From: Picochlorum sp. SENEW3
Taxonomy: Eukaryota
Assembly (NCBI GenBank): GCA_034226945.1
Contig: CP120458.1
Location: 806,001 to 870,000, forward strand
Reading direction: 5' to 3'
DNA length: 64,000 bases
Made by a program: the position numbers and the translations under genes. Below are positions 1-12,726 of this stretch, one piece after another; the stretch's first letter is position 1; every line of letters starts with the position of its first letter. The notes under the pieces were generated by a model. That model saw only the letters and a program-made list of their open reading frames with translations, ran no database searches and had not been told where the DNA came from.

Positions 1-243
1 AATCTGCACAAATACATACACACACAGAGGGGTGAGCAACGTCAGGGTGTCACGGTCAGACTCGACAAAGACATCAGTCACATACATTTTTACGCTGGAA
101 TGTTTGCCTCTGGTTCACAATAGATCTAGATCGCACATGTTGCCCACGGAATGCGTGAACCGAAGATAGCCCTGCACAGCAAGAGGATAAGAACTAGGTA
201 CGTTGGACCAACCGATGGAACTTTGAGGACTCGAATGGCCCAT
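1..243 (-). CDS. 5' part of a probable plastid-targeted gene running off the left edge
   Basis: Minus-strand exon GLSSVHAFRGQHVRSRSIVNQRQTFQRKN is flanked by tgtgcag and gtatgt splice sites and has transit-peptide-like composition; start codon uncertain. Confidence 0.35.
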
Positions 244-519
244 AAAGCAATAAAAATACTATATTAATGCATTAAAACAGATTCCAATGCCCAGCAGAGT
301 GCAGTACAGTGAAATATATTTTCGAGGAAGCGACAGATTGACTCGTACCTGAAGACGTGTTTCTTTCGAGTGAAAACTGCATTATGACCGAAATGAACCC
401 TCTCAAATCGATTATAGTATTTAAATATATATTTGGAAGGAAAGGATGGCCGGATTAATGGCCATCGCGTTGATTGATGATATTGATGCAAACCTGCCAT
501 GATGATCTTACATCCTGCC

Positions 520-1872
520 TTACTTGGTTCTTTTGTAAATACGATTCAATAATGGCATGAAAACATCCTTTGGAAGCACATCTTGTCCTTCTATCTTGGC
601 AATCATATCATTATAGCTGCTTGTTTCGTATTCTTTGAACAACTTTTCCAGTTCAAGGTCATTGTACAGGCTCTTGATGGCTGAGACTGATGCAGCGTCT
701 GACTTGCCATAGTTCTTCTCTATCACAGATTTCTGTTCATCGGTAGCCCGTTTCAATGCTTGAACAACAAGCCATGAGCATTTGTTGTCCTCAATGTCGG
801 TACCGATTTTCCCAATGGTCTCTGGATCTCCAAAGCAGTCCAGATAGTCATCCTGGATTTGAAAGTACTGCCCCATTGTCTTGCAAATGTCTTCTGCAAT
901 GGCATATGCCTTTGGGTCCGAGGTCCCTTGTAAACGGAGTCCACACGCGATTGGCAAATAAAATGTATAGAAAGCAGTCTTGTACGTCACGATACGCATG
1001 TATCTTTCCTCTGTATACCGAGAAAGGTCGACAGATCCAATTGGGGCAGTGGTGGTATCAAGCAATTGCCCATGGGCAGTCTGATGCGTGACTTCATGGA
1101 ACAAGTCCAACAAATCAACGTACACCTCAGACGTCGAAAAATGCTTTTTCAAAATACGATAGATACAAGATTCCAGAATAATTCCGTCATTGATGGCAAT
1201 GAGACCAATATCTGGTTGCTTGTACCAACATGGCTGCCCTCTTCTGGTGATGGAATGGTCCATAATGTCGTCGGCTACCAAAAAGTACGCTTGTAACTGC
1301 ATTGGTGAGAAGAGTGAGAACAATGTGTGTGCGGGTGAATACAAACAAACAATCATATATGATGATGGTGCCATGACAACGTACAAATTCAATGCACCAT
1401 CCCAAGATGCGTGCCTTGTGAATCTGCTCCTCACTCATCTCTCCCTCACCAACTGACGCTTTGAATGCATCTAAAACCGCCATTCCTCGATTTAATTTAC
1501 CATGCGGTACATTATAATCGATCATCTGCAGTTGAACATGCAACCATGTGTTTAGGAACATAAATTCAGAATTCACATTGGGAATCACCACGCACCCTCT
1601 TCATCCATTCTTTCGTCTGTTCAGGCTGACCATCTCCCAACAGATCGTCATGAACAAGCTCATCACGCAATTGATCAAAGACTTTTAAAAATTCCTGCAG
1701 ATACATGTGCTCATATCATGTGGTGAACTGACTGCTAGCAACTTCCCTTGTAGGACACATCATAGGCATCAAGAGAAGATAGATGTACAATCTATAGAAT
1801 CGAATCATCATAACAACATACCTGCTTCTCCTGATGCGCATCAGTCTTCTGTTTAGTATTATTGCCGGACAT
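520..1872 (-). CDS. FPS: Farnesyl diphosphate synthase (multi-exon)
   Basis: FARM motif DDIMD..TRRGQPCW, KTAFYTFYLP, SARM motif FQIQDDYLD, YNVPHGKLNRG; exons linked by GT-AG introns; ATG at 1872. Confidence 0.95.
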
Positions 1873-2425
1873 TTTTGTTGTGAGAAGACACAAATTGGAT
1901 CAGTCAAGAAGCTAATAATATCTGTATCTCTGGACAAAATACTACTCCCAGCACTGCAAGGGCATGTTTTTCTATTAAATAACGCCACGATCAGTTCAAT
2001 CCATGCAACAGAGTTGTCCCATCTCCCGATTTGGACATGCGTCAGTCCATCTGATGGAGCAGAATATCAACGCATTCAGCATCCACACCCCATCATCGCA
2101 CCTTTTATTACCCAAAATCGATTAAAATACCTGCGATGGGTCCAATGCATCACCAGCACGATCACACCACTGCCAATGTCTGTGCTTCCCCATCAAATCA
2201 GCATCTGACCGATCGATCGCGCCTCGCAATCACAAGTACGTGTGTGTGAGAATTGTGTCCTCACACTGCTGTATTCTTTCGTCCATCCTTCACGTTCTCA
2301 AGACTAGAAAATACATGTATACAGGGCAATTATAGGAGAACAGATACACCATTAAGTACGTACTCATACGTGGACTCCTCGGAGCAATAGTAGCAAGTGT
2401 GCTGGCGTTGGGATTGATCAAAACC

Positions 2426-2953
2426 ATGGGAGCTGCAGCAAGCAAAACCACGCCAATGGCACCGGTAACAGATAGGCCAAAAGTGAGCTCTTCAGGCTAT
2501 GACATTACGAGAATGCCAGCGGCAGTCATTCAGGAAAGGGCAAAGGCATTGACTCCTCTCCAAAGAAATGTGGCACTCAACTCTGGAACAGAGGTTGCAT
2601 TCACAGGCGTCACGGTCGATGGATCTCCACATGACAATAAACGTCGAGGCGTGTATGTTGGATCAATTTCCGACCTGCCACTGTTCTCTTCAGACCACAA
2701 GTTTGATTCAGGAACTGGATGGCCTTCCTTTTACCAACCAATCGATCCATTGCATGTGATCGAGGAGAGAGACACATCCATCCCATTCATGCCTCGCGTG
2801 GAAGTCCTCGATGCACGATCCGGGGCGCATCTAGGACACGTCTTCAACGACGGCCCTCCACCCACACGGAAGAGATATTGTATGAATGCAGCAGCGCTCA
2901 GGTTTATACCAGAAGGTGAACCTTTGCCAGACAAACAACCAACATACGAATGA
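2426..2953 (+). CDS. msrB: Peptide methionine sulfoxide reductase B
   Basis: KFDSGTGWPSF, HLGHVFNDGP, RYCMN; ATG at 2426 (MGAAAS). Confidence 0.95.
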   Translation: MGAAASKTTPMAPVTDRPKVSSSGYDITRMPAAVIQERAKALTPLQRNVALNSGTEVAFTGVTVDGSPHDNKRRGVYVGSISDLPLFSSDHKFDSGTGWPSFYQPIDPLHVIEERDTSIPFMPRVEVLDARSGAHLGHVFNDGPPPTRKRYCMNAAALRFIPEGEPLPDKQPTYE

Positions 2954-3070
2954 ATATAAATGCACATGTAACATTTTTGTCTACTTTATATTTACATCAT
3001 GATGTAATGTTTATGTTTCTCTACAATCTCATCCATTCTTCTTTCCTTGTGCAGCAGTTCTACCACTGCA

Positions 3071-3274
3071 TCACTCCTCTGCCTTCCCCGAGCTCCCTGA
3101 GGTATAGAAACTCTCCCATCGCTCATTTTCCTTCCAATGATATGTCTGCCATACCAAACCGAGACTTACGCCGAGGAAACTCCCAATGACAATGTCCTTC
3201 ACAACAGACACCTTGGACCCCATCCCCTCCTTTGAGAACACCTGAACAGCCCGAATCACTTCCTTACCAGCCAT
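3071..3274 (-). CDS. COX5C: Cytochrome c oxidase subunit 5c (plant/algal type)
   Basis: SVVKDIVIG...GLVWQTYHWKE...FY resembles plant COX5C; single TM, 67 aa. Confidence 0.8.
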   Translation of the reverse strand: MAGKEVIRAVQVFSKEGMGSKVSVVKDIVIGSFLGVSLGLVWQTYHWKENERWESFYTSGSSGKAEE

Positions 3275-4271
3275 ATTTTGTATCTATCTACCCAGAGTAC
3301 GATGATTGTCGTCCACCGGGGTGTTGCTGCCTCGTGGAATAGGAATGGATGCTTGATATCTGTTCCCTCAAAAGGACCTCAGATCTCAGTCTATGTTGCG
3401 TGCACTACTAAAAATATTGTATAGTAATACAACCCCACGAGTCATGAGAAGAAAACCTTGTGGCGTTGTGGTCTGTGACATTCCTCATCGGCCTGTGTTT
3501 TCGCAGTACCAAACTAGGTACTGTGAAATAGGGCAACAAAACGGTCACGTGACGTTATGCATCTGATCATCAATCCCAGATTCTCCCAGGATGAGCAACA
3601 TCCACGGATCTAGGGCTGGTGGTACAACGATTGGTACATTTTATCTATTGATATTTTTTAGTACGCGTACAAAACAATTATACCATTTATTGGTGGGTAC
3701 AGTATTCTGATACGCAAGAAACTCCTACCTACTGGTGCTGCGGTTCTCAGCGACAAGCAGCCAAACGGAAAAAGCAAGAAGAAGAAGGCCCTCGTGTGCA
3801 TATATACTTGCTTAGAAAGCGAATATATCAGTGCATAGACAAGAAGAGGTGTTGTATCGGTTTAACGAACTCATAAGGAAAAGGAAAAGCGGACGGAATC
3901 ATGTGTCGAGTAGCAGTCAGACAAGCGTCGGCGCGTGCGCATCGTCAAGCAGAGCAAGAGAATGCTATTCGTAGCAGTAATGAGTCTGTCCAAGGGAATG
4001 GAGGACACGAATATTTTGATGTGGACGCCTTGTTGGGGGAATTGGACCAGTCGTCTGCGGATGCCGGTGCGTGAGACTTGTGTTGGTATATTGCGTTGGT
4101 TTTGGAATGATTGGCCACAATGGTGGGAAATCATGGGGGACTGTGGTGGGAACGTGTTGGTTGGCGGTGGTCAGAAAAGGTCACGTGTCCTTTTTTTTTG
4201 GTGGGCGCCTTTTTTAATTCCGTACAGGAAATTGAGAATGGTACTTTTTTTGTGTTGCAGATTTTGCTTTT

Positions 4272-4973
4272 ATGCAATATCTTAACAGTGGAATAGTTCC
4301 ACAGGCAACTGTTCCACAGGAGCAGCAGTTGAATGTGGTGCAAGGACAGCCAGTGGGGTATACATCACAGCAGACTGGGAGCTATGTGCAGCCAATGATG
4401 ATGATGCCGACGCAGCCAAGTGCCGACTATGTTGATCATCACTCGATGAACAATAACTACTTGGGTGGCTATCAGATGCATCAACAGCAGATTATGAGTC
4501 CAGGGATGCAGCAAGACTCTGTGAATGGAGCTTCTGATGATGGTGCCAAGGACATGAAGGAAAAGCCTGCAAAGAGAGCTCGTGGGAAGAAGACAAAGAA
4601 AACCCCAGAAGAGATTGCAGAGCAGGTTGAGCGTGTGAAGCGCAGAAGAAGGGAGTCTGCTCATCGTTCAAGACAGAAGAGGTTTGCATACATTCAAAAC
4701 TTGGAGACGGAGAATCAGGCTCTGAAGATGGAGAATGAGCGCTTGCGACAAATGCTGTCGTCATCAAAGACGACCGCTGCACCAAAGGATGACGGATCAG
4801 TGGATTCTTTGGAATCTATGGAGAACAAAAAGGAAGACATGTATGTCAAATCTGAAGCTGCTGGATCTAGCAGTGCCCTCATTGACTCTACGTTCAATGA
4901 TATCATGTGCAAGGCAACCTCACAAGAGATTGCGATGGCAGCTGATCTTTTGGGAATTAAAGCAGAAGATTAA
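4272..4973 (+). CDS. bZIP transcription factor
   Basis: Basic region RVKRRRRESAHRSRQKR, then leucine zipper LETENQALKMENERL; Gln-rich N-terminus. Confidence 0.88.
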   Translation: MQYLNSGIVPQATVPQEQQLNVVQGQPVGYTSQQTGSYVQPMMMMPTQPSADYVDHHSMNNNYLGGYQMHQQQIMSPGMQQDSVNGASDDGAKDMKEKPAKRARGKKTKKTPEEIAEQVERVKRRRRESAHRSRQKRFAYIQNLETENQALKMENERLRQMLSSSKTTAAPKDDGSVDSLESMENKKEDMYVKSEAAGSSSALIDSTFNDIMCKATSQEIAMAADLLGIKAED

Positions 4974-5106
4974 TGAGGATGATTGATGAGTACCATTTCT
5001 AGCGCTTCCCAGAATGTTGAGAGTCCTGAAGAACTACCTGTCTGTACTACTGTTTCATGCTGCGACAATACTACAATGTAATGAAAAAAATTTTTTTTTT
5101 TTTGAG

Positions 5107-6715
5107 TCATCTTGTTGGTTTGAAAGACAGGCCAACAGGTGGGGGGCACGCCCCAAGACTAGAGTCTGGGGGGCCTTGCTGCTCTGAGGCATCTGATCCC
5201 TTCATTTCCTGATTGGATGTCTCCTCAAGACTCTTGTCGCTATCCTGCGTCGAGACATCTTCCGAGCAATGTGTGTTTGGGCACCATGTCATGTTGCTCT
5301 CCAATGGCATTGCCAATGTGTCATGCAGAGTGACGTCAAGCTGCTGCATATCTGGCAATCTGCCATTCATACAAAACTCTGGGGATGGCATCATCCCTAT
5401 GGCACATGGAGTCCATGCATCGACTCGCGTCCAACTTTCTGCGTCGTGGTGCATATTATGTATCATACCATCGTCATCATCATCATTGATGCGTTTCATG
5501 GTGTCCAACGCCTCTGATGTTGTTGGCATGGTGAAGAATACAGCAGCAAATTCTTCTACTCGTCGCCTGCAAGCTGGAGTCAATGATCCTTTCACCCGTA
5601 TTGTATCAAATGTTTCTCGTAATCTATTCAGCGTCTGATTCAAGTTCTCATCCTCACGGCCTTCAACAAAAGCTTCAATGTGGCGCTGGCGAAGAAGGGG
5701 TCCTTGAACAATCATAACATCCAACATGACAGCATCAATATTCCCAGGTGACATGGTATCAAGCGACTCTTCCATCCAAATTCTACTCATTACTGTGTCA
5801 GAAGATTCAAATCGTTGATCTAAAAACATGCGGACAATCATACAGTGCACATCTGGCCATTCTCCGAGGAGATGGGTCAAGACCCTGGAGCATGCCCTAC
5901 GCAGGGCATGCTCGGGAAACTCTACAGACACGCATTTCAGCATCATCGTCTGAACTAATATCTTCTCTTCACCTTTTGGAACGCTTGTGCGAAGCTCTGT
6001 AAACAGACTCTGCCGATGCTTCTTCTCCTTTCGAACATCATACTCTTCGTTGTCACTAGTATTTGGCCTCTTCTCTCCATTCCCATCACTATCATCATCA
6101 TGTCCGCTAAATATTCCCCTCGATGCCACCGCAATGTGTGAATCAATGAATGTGTTCATCACATCCCGCACACTGGCCTCAGAATCCGCAAGACACGTCC
6201 TCTGAGCCTGCCAGTATTTGGTACGCAACCATTCCAAAGCTTGCTTGGCTGCTACTCTCAACACAGACAACGACGGCAACTCATTATGCGTTGATTCATG
6301 TCTAATATCTACTAAAATTCTAGGTATACCAGCTTGCTGGGCGAGGTGAGCAACAGATGATGCCACTCGACCCTTTTGTGCAGAGTCAGCAACCCCATTC
6401 ACAAAACGCACCAAGGCCAACGAATACTGCAAGCGAATCAGAGCATCCGATACGCTCCCTAGCCGATCTCTGCATAGATAATAGACAACTATATGAGTTA
6501 CATATCCTCCAGATCATGGTGCATAAAATATCGTACGCTTGTTGAGTCTCTCGAAGCAATGCAGTAGCATCCACCCCAACTGGCACTCTTCCACGAATCC
6601 GCCACACAGATACAATATCCAACCCTTGGCTTAGAGCCGTGTCGTCATATAAACATTTTCCTACCGTCTCCCACTCATCCCAGCCCATCCATGGAACAAG
6701 TCTGCCCAGAGACAT
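5107..6715 (-). CDS. LAS1: Las1-like pre-rRNA processing endoribonuclease (HEPN), intron-containing
   Basis: VPWMGWDEW, WRIRGRVPVGVDATA, YSLALVRFVNG, catalytic RHESTH, LEWLRTKYWQAQ. Confidence 0.9.
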
Positions 6716-6832
6716 GTCACCACCTTGACTTCCATGCAACCATGTTGCTCCGTTTCTTCTAGAATGTACCAGAAAAAAAAATGATTGTAAAATACATATT
6801 AGTATTAAAAAAGTGCAGTATATGGATGAATG

Positions 6833-7893
6833 TCAGCTACCGGTATTCTTCTCGTATGTGGCAAGCATTGCCAACAACTCCTCATCTGCTGCAATCATCC
6901 TGGTTCTAAAACTGTCCACAGGAATCATATCTCCTTCTGGCAATGTGCCACCGATACACGCATCAAGTATGTTCAAATCAAAGTACTTTTTCATGTCAGC
7001 CGAATTCTCAGAATCGTCCTTCAAAAAGACAAGCTTTTCTCTAGTCACTGGGTCAACAAAGGGTCGGATCGCCTTCCAAAAGAGTTCAAACAACCATGGC
7101 GGCTTGAAATTTACTGCTCGGCCCAATCTTTCTGGGTAATGGTTCTGTACGATGGACAGTGTGGAGAGGGACACTTTCCACGGTGGCTGGTTCTGTCTAT
7201 TGTACCCAACATAATCAAGCAACCAGGTCATCTTACCATCAGGAGCTGCATGTATATGCATATGTATATATATTGAGAAGAAGAAGGATGATATGTATGT
7301 ATTTGTGTAATAATGCTCGATAAATAAATGTATATAAATAAATCCTTGTGATACACACCTGATTCATCAGCAATCTTGCTGGCATGTTCCATGATGTACA
7401 CCACATACTTGAGTTTTAGCTCATTATCACTCGATTGCTTCTCATTTCGTGGTCTCATAAACACAATAGGTCTTCCTTCGTTATCAAATTCATCCAATAT
7501 TGTCACCTTATTTAATGCAGCTTCACTCTGAATGATATCCCATGTTATAGCCTCTGGCTTGTACTGTTCCCTCCATTTCAAAGTTTCCTTGAGCATTTTG
7601 CTTGCTTTGTGCACATTAAACTGCCGAGCCCTCAGATAACGAACATAGGTACCTTGGGTACAGAATACCTTGTGAGGAGGGTGTGCCTGCACATACATGT
7701 GGCATGCATCAGGGTCATTCGTGTACGATTGATCCATCGAATATAGCATTCACAAGTAGATCGCCGTCACTTGACATACCTCGACGATTGAAGAAACCTC
7801 CTTTTCCAACTGGAGAACAAGTTCCTTTTCCTTGTCAGTGATCGAGCGAGCAAAAGGCTCGATGGAACGTTCAGTGGTGTCTGATGCGCACAT
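6833..7893 (-). CDS. SEC14/CRAL-TRIO lipid transfer protein (multi-exon)
   Basis: RYLRARQFNV..A.KMLKETLKWR, DNEGRPIVFMRP, QNHYPERLG, PFVDPVTREK. Confidence 0.92.
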
Positions 7894-8361
7894 TATATGC
7901 AATAGTATCTATTATTAGTATTGGGGCACGCAAAGACATGTGCCACGGTGTTTCTGTCATGTAGACGCAAAGATCCATGCCCTTTTTGATTTCAGGATCT
8001 CTAGAGATCTAGAGATCTAATATATTAGAGATCCAAACGTTCGGAATACCGCGTTTCTTACAGGTAAGGAGCGACCGCACAGCGATGTGCATACTGAAAT
8101 TGTTAATCTTTTTATGTATCTATGACACGCGTGTTGCAGTAGTAGGGAAAGGACGTCATTTGGAGAGTAACAATAACGACCTTGGGGCTGTCCAGTTTTC
8201 TCTGGCTGTGGGTCTTTTTTTATTTGGAGCAGAGAGGGAAACGTTCTGCTGTGGATCTTCATATTAATTGCAATTAAAAAAAACAGTAAGCGCGTCTACA
8301 GTGATTGAGACATTGCCTCGCCTTGTTTGGCAGTCGTGATACGGTTGCAGAGACGAGAAGA

Positions 8362-9805
8362 ATGCAAAGAGAGCCAATGGAGGGTCGCCACGCCAATGAT
8401 GCGTCACAAGAGCATGCATACACGGAGGAGGAGACCAACGCACGAGTGTATGATGGTTTTAGGCCAGATGATAAGGCGTCGGTGGTTTTGGAAAATGTCA
8501 AAGTGTTTGATGGAGATCAGGAAGTGTCATTCCAGCCATCATGCTGGAGTAGGTTTAAAGTGCTGATTTGGGGGACAGCGGCGGTTCTTGTGGTTGCTGC
8601 TATTATTGGGTTGTCTGTAGCAATGGTGGAAACGAATAAAAATACGACGACGAATGGTCAGTCTGAAGCAGAGATATTTCCGCCACCCGGAGCTCCACCC
8701 TATTCACCTGGGATGGAGCCAGAGGAATCCAGTAGTGGTGGTGGTGTAACGCCTGAAGGCGTTCCTATCGTTGTGGACGAGTCATCTGATGAAGATGGAA
8801 CTTTAGAAATAATGAAGAATCCCCCTTTCAATGTTCCAAATGGATGGACTGCGTTGTGGTGGGAAGAATTTAATGGCAACAACCTTGATCCACGTTGGTG
8901 GAATTATCAATATGGATATGGTGAGGCGGAAGGCCTGTGGGCATGGGGTAACGAAGAAGAACAGTTTTACACAGATAGTGAATCTAATGTTCAGGTATCA
9001 GATGGGACGTTGAAAATTACAGCCCGGCGGGAGGATACTGTCCTGCCGGATGGGTATGTTTTTGAGTACACATCTGGGCGCATCAACACAAAAGGAAAGG
9101 CTGCGTTTTATGGTGGTATGACAACTGCCGATGGAACTCAATGGAATACTGTTAGAATCGAAGCTTCTCTGAAAGCACCGAGGCCAAGTATGTTGTGAAA
9201 ATAATGCATGTTGAAAGACATGATTAGTCATAATATTCATCCGTGTCTGTTTTTGTGCAGCTGTTGGATTATGGGCAGCGTACTGGATGCTGCCGATTGA
9301 CATGAGGTATGGTGTCTGGGCATCTTCTGGAGAGATTGATATATACGAAATGAAGAACCAGTTTATCAAAAATAATATGGCTTTGCATTACGGAGGCCCA
9401 TGGCCAAAGTACAGTGAACGGTTTAATGCATATGAAAATAGACCAGGGGGTGGGTCTTTTAGCGAAGATTTTACTGTCGTCACCATGGATTGGTCGCCGA
9501 CAGAAATTCAAAGTACGTGTTTGATGCTATTGCATGTCTGCTTAGTTGTTCATTGTTTCACCGCATGGTCTGCAGTGTCCATGGATGGTGAATTGGCATT
9601 CACATTGAAAAGCCAGAGTGTCGACTCGAAGAATGGATGGTACAGTAAAAGTCTGAATGGTGGACCAAACTCTCCATTCGATATGCCGTTTTACATTATT
9701 CTAAATTTAGCAGTAGGGGGTAAATATCCTGGAGATGCAACCCCTGACACATTGACACCAAATACATTTGAGATTGATTACATTAGGGTATTTGGAAAGA
9801 ATTAA
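8362..9805 (+). CDS. Membrane-anchored glycoside hydrolase family 16 (laminarinase-like), introns near 9188-9260 and ~9513-9575
   Basis: WWEEFNG, WGNEEEQFY, YTSGRINT, catalytic SGEIDIYE, PFDMPFYIILNLAVGG, IDYIRVF; N-terminal TM. Confidence 0.9.
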
Positions 9806-9831
9806 TATTCTCATTCGTTTGTATATTGTGT

Positions 9832-11079
9832 CTATTCCAAATATGTTTTATACGTGCCTCCGAGCATCAATGTGTTGGGCAAGGGCCCTGCTTTTGGTGC
9901 TAAGTACGTGACAATTCCCTTGTCCACATCCACATCCTGAACATAGATGAATCCCGCGACATTAGACGACACAAGCAGGTCAGGAGACGTTGCATGTGAC
10001 ACTGCTACCATAGTAAACATTGTTGCTCTCAAATCAGACACTTTGGTAATCTTCAGAGGGTCAGACACTGATGTTGCGCCAATTGGCAATGCAGTGGATG
10101 GAGCCTTGGGACCTCCTCCTACTTTATACACCTGCAAGTCTTCAATTTTTGCATTCTGAGAGGCGGGATGCAGTTCTTTTTGAATACCATAAAAATATTC
10201 TTCAACCCGTCGTCGCCGAGCGTCGCTTCTGTATTCTTTTGACCGCAGAACTACTCCATCAGACTTTGGTGCCTTGACTACAGTGATACCCTTTGAACTC
10301 AGCGACCTGTTCATCTGACTATGCAACCTATCCTGACCAATCACTAGAACTGTATTTATTTTCAAAGTCTCAATTGAATGCAATAACAAGTCATACCCAA
10401 GTCCTTCCACCCATCCCATTGAATTGACAATCATCCCAGCAGCTGCAGCTGCTGGGTCCTTTTTGCATCGATCTTCCAGCACAGCAGCAAGCCTTTCCAC
10501 GCAGTGCTTATACAACGACGCATTATCACTTGGAGACACTCCTCCATAATAAAACACCACAGGAGGCTCCCCAGGAAACCCTCCCTCCTCCACATCGACT
10601 GGGTTTTCCACGGCACATGCAGCCAGGCACCCAGGCACTGTGAGAGACCCTTGTCCTATATCTACATCCGCAAATACCGGCCCTTTCCCTGCTCTAACCG
10701 CATAGTTTAGCAAAATTTTACACAATGTACTCTTCCCCGAATCAGAAGGCCCCACAAGCATCACCCGTGGTGCTGTACCACCACCAGACAGAGCAGCCTC
10801 ACGCTGTGCATGCAACACGTCATGAATATTCACATACTGCGCCATTGGAGTTTCCTCAGCCACATAAATTACTTCTGGTGTACCTTCCACCTCCAACACA
10901 CAGCCTTGCCACGAAAATATGGCAATCTTCTGCCCACAAATTTTAGTCTTCTGCCCCAACAACAGTGACGTCCCAAAAATCTCAGCCTCCCCGTCCTTGA
11001 GGGTGACAAAAATATGCTTTGACCATTCCACTTCTACACGAAGCTCATGTCCAGCTAATAATGTATACGTCTCTGCCAT
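9832..11079 (-). CDS. CLP1: Polyribonucleotide 5'-hydroxyl kinase Clp1
   Basis: ELRVEVE, GEAEIFG, P-loop GPSDSGKST, DVDIGQG, INSMGW-like motif. Confidence 0.93.
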   Translation of the reverse strand: MAETYTLLAGHELRVEVEWSKHIFVTLKDGEAEIFGTSLLLGQKTKICGQKIAIFSWQGCVLEVEGTPEVIYVAEETPMAQYVNIHDVLHAQREAALSGGGTAPRVMLVGPSDSGKSTLCKILLNYAVRAGKGPVFADVDIGQGSLTVPGCLAACAVENPVDVEEGGFPGEPPVVFYYGGVSPSDNASLYKHCVERLAAVLEDRCKKDPAAAAAGMIVNSMGWVEGLGYDLLLHSIETLKINTVLVIGQDRLHSQMNRSLSSKGITVVKAPKSDGVVLRSKEYRSDARRRRVEEYFYGIQKELHPASQNAKIEDLQVYKVGGGPKAPSTALPIGATSVSDPLKITKVSDLRATMFTMVAVSHATSPDLLVSSNVAGFIYVQDVDVDKGIVTYLAPKAGPLPNTLMLGGTYKTYLE

Positions 11080-11466
11080 TGAATCAAGTTTTCTGCTGCT
11101 CGCCAATCAATTCTGATTCCGTCAGAATTAAAAAAAAAATACCACCGAATGTACTATTCGTTGCTCTAGAATCCTGATGGCTCCTCAATCAACCCCCCTT
11201 TTTCCTGTGAATATTGATTCAACAATTGTTGAATCAATATGGGACATGCATGCAGTTTTCCATGGCGAGGCGAGAAGAGCAACTCCGTATTTCAGGAATA
11301 AAAAAATGATGTGGCAAATCTCCTGACCCGACATGATCCATGCAGACTGCCGCTGTAATCTTTTCCAAGAAACGAAATGAATATGTCGAATCAAATTAGT
11401 TGCACCGATCGTGTACGATTGGTCAATGCGACCCGCAGTCGCAGGGTTCTCGTCGCGACGAAAGCC

Positions 11467-12552
11467 ATGTCGGAGAATGGCACACCTCAGAGACCAAAGA
11501 CGACCATTCACAAGCTTGTTGATTATTTTGGAGCCATTACTGTACCTGGTATGTGATTTGAGCGTTATGGTAGCATATTGATGCATCGAGAACGAATTGG
11601 AAGGAAGACGTCCAACGAGTGACGAGAGTGACGCCGACTGATTGTGGATGATTGCGCTGTAGGATGCTACGATGCTCTCTCTGTGAAAATATTGCAGCAG
11701 TCTGGACATCAAGCTGCACTCGTCTCGGGCGCCGCAGTGTCAGCGACGCAGCTTGGTGAGCCTGATCTTGGTCTCTTGACACCACCTGAAATGGTTCGGC
11801 GTACTTCTCAGATTTGTAATTCTGTACCGACGTTCCCTGTCATTGCTGACATCGAGTCTGGTGGGGGAGGTGTTTTGAATGTGCAGCGAACGATTAAATC
11901 ATTGATGGCAGCTGGTGCAAGTGGGTGCATCTTAGAGGACCAGGCCTGGCCAAAGAGGATGGGGACTATCCGCTCTGTTGTTCCACAGGAAGAATTCCTA
12001 TCAAAAATAGCTGCAGCTAGGCAGGTTATTGGCGATGCAGACTTCTTTTTGGTGGCAAGGACGGACGCCAGGAATACATCTGCAAAGAGAGGGTTGGAGG
12101 AGGCCATGATCAGGGCCAATCTCTTTACCGAGGCTGGGGCAGATGCTCATTTGGTAGGAGGATTGAGATCTATTGATGAGTTGCGTATGGTAGGTGAGCA
12201 TACAGGAGGATTGAGGGTTGCGAACATGGTTGAGGGTGGTGTCACTCCAATTTGCAGTACAGCCCAGCTCCAGGATATGGGCTTCCACCTGGTATGCTAT
12301 CCTCTCTCGTCGCTCTACGCTGCCACCCGTACCTTGGTGGATGTGTATGGTGGTCTTGCAGCCACGGGAACAAGTCAAGATAGTTGGGAAAACATGGTGA
12401 GTTGGAGGGCGTTCCAAGACATTCTTGGACTGGAGGATAAGTATGCCACAGAAGAACATTTCAATTCTGTTCAAGGACCAGCATCAAACATTGAGCACAA
12501 ACTGAGAAAGGTTAAGGGATTGGTGAAGCCTCATACACGCAGTGATAATTGA
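11467..12552 (+). CDS. PEP mutase/isocitrate lyase superfamily protein (methylisocitrate lyase/PSR132-like), 1 intron
   Basis: PGCYDALS, GEPDLGL, VIADIESGGG, LEDQAWPK, VARTDAR, ANMVEGG.TP. Confidence 0.88.
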
Positions 12553-12726
12553 TACAATGATGTAGACTGTTTTTTTTCTTCCTTCTCAACATTGTAGCAC
12601 CATGATGTTGATGTAAATGAGATGAGATCTTGAGATTTTGGAATCGTCTGCCACAGGCCTGATGTCGCACTGGCCGTTCCGTATCGATCAAAATTAGATT
12701 TTCTATCCGTTATATATCCGATAAAG

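Noticed and set aside
2870..2953. Selenocysteine MsrB
   Set aside because: The catalytic codon is TGT (Cys) and the TGA lies after the complete domain.
7995..8035. AGATCT/CTAG palindromic clusters in intergenic regions (also ~54445)
   Set aside because: Could be a promoter motif, but too short and too few to support without genome-wide statistics.
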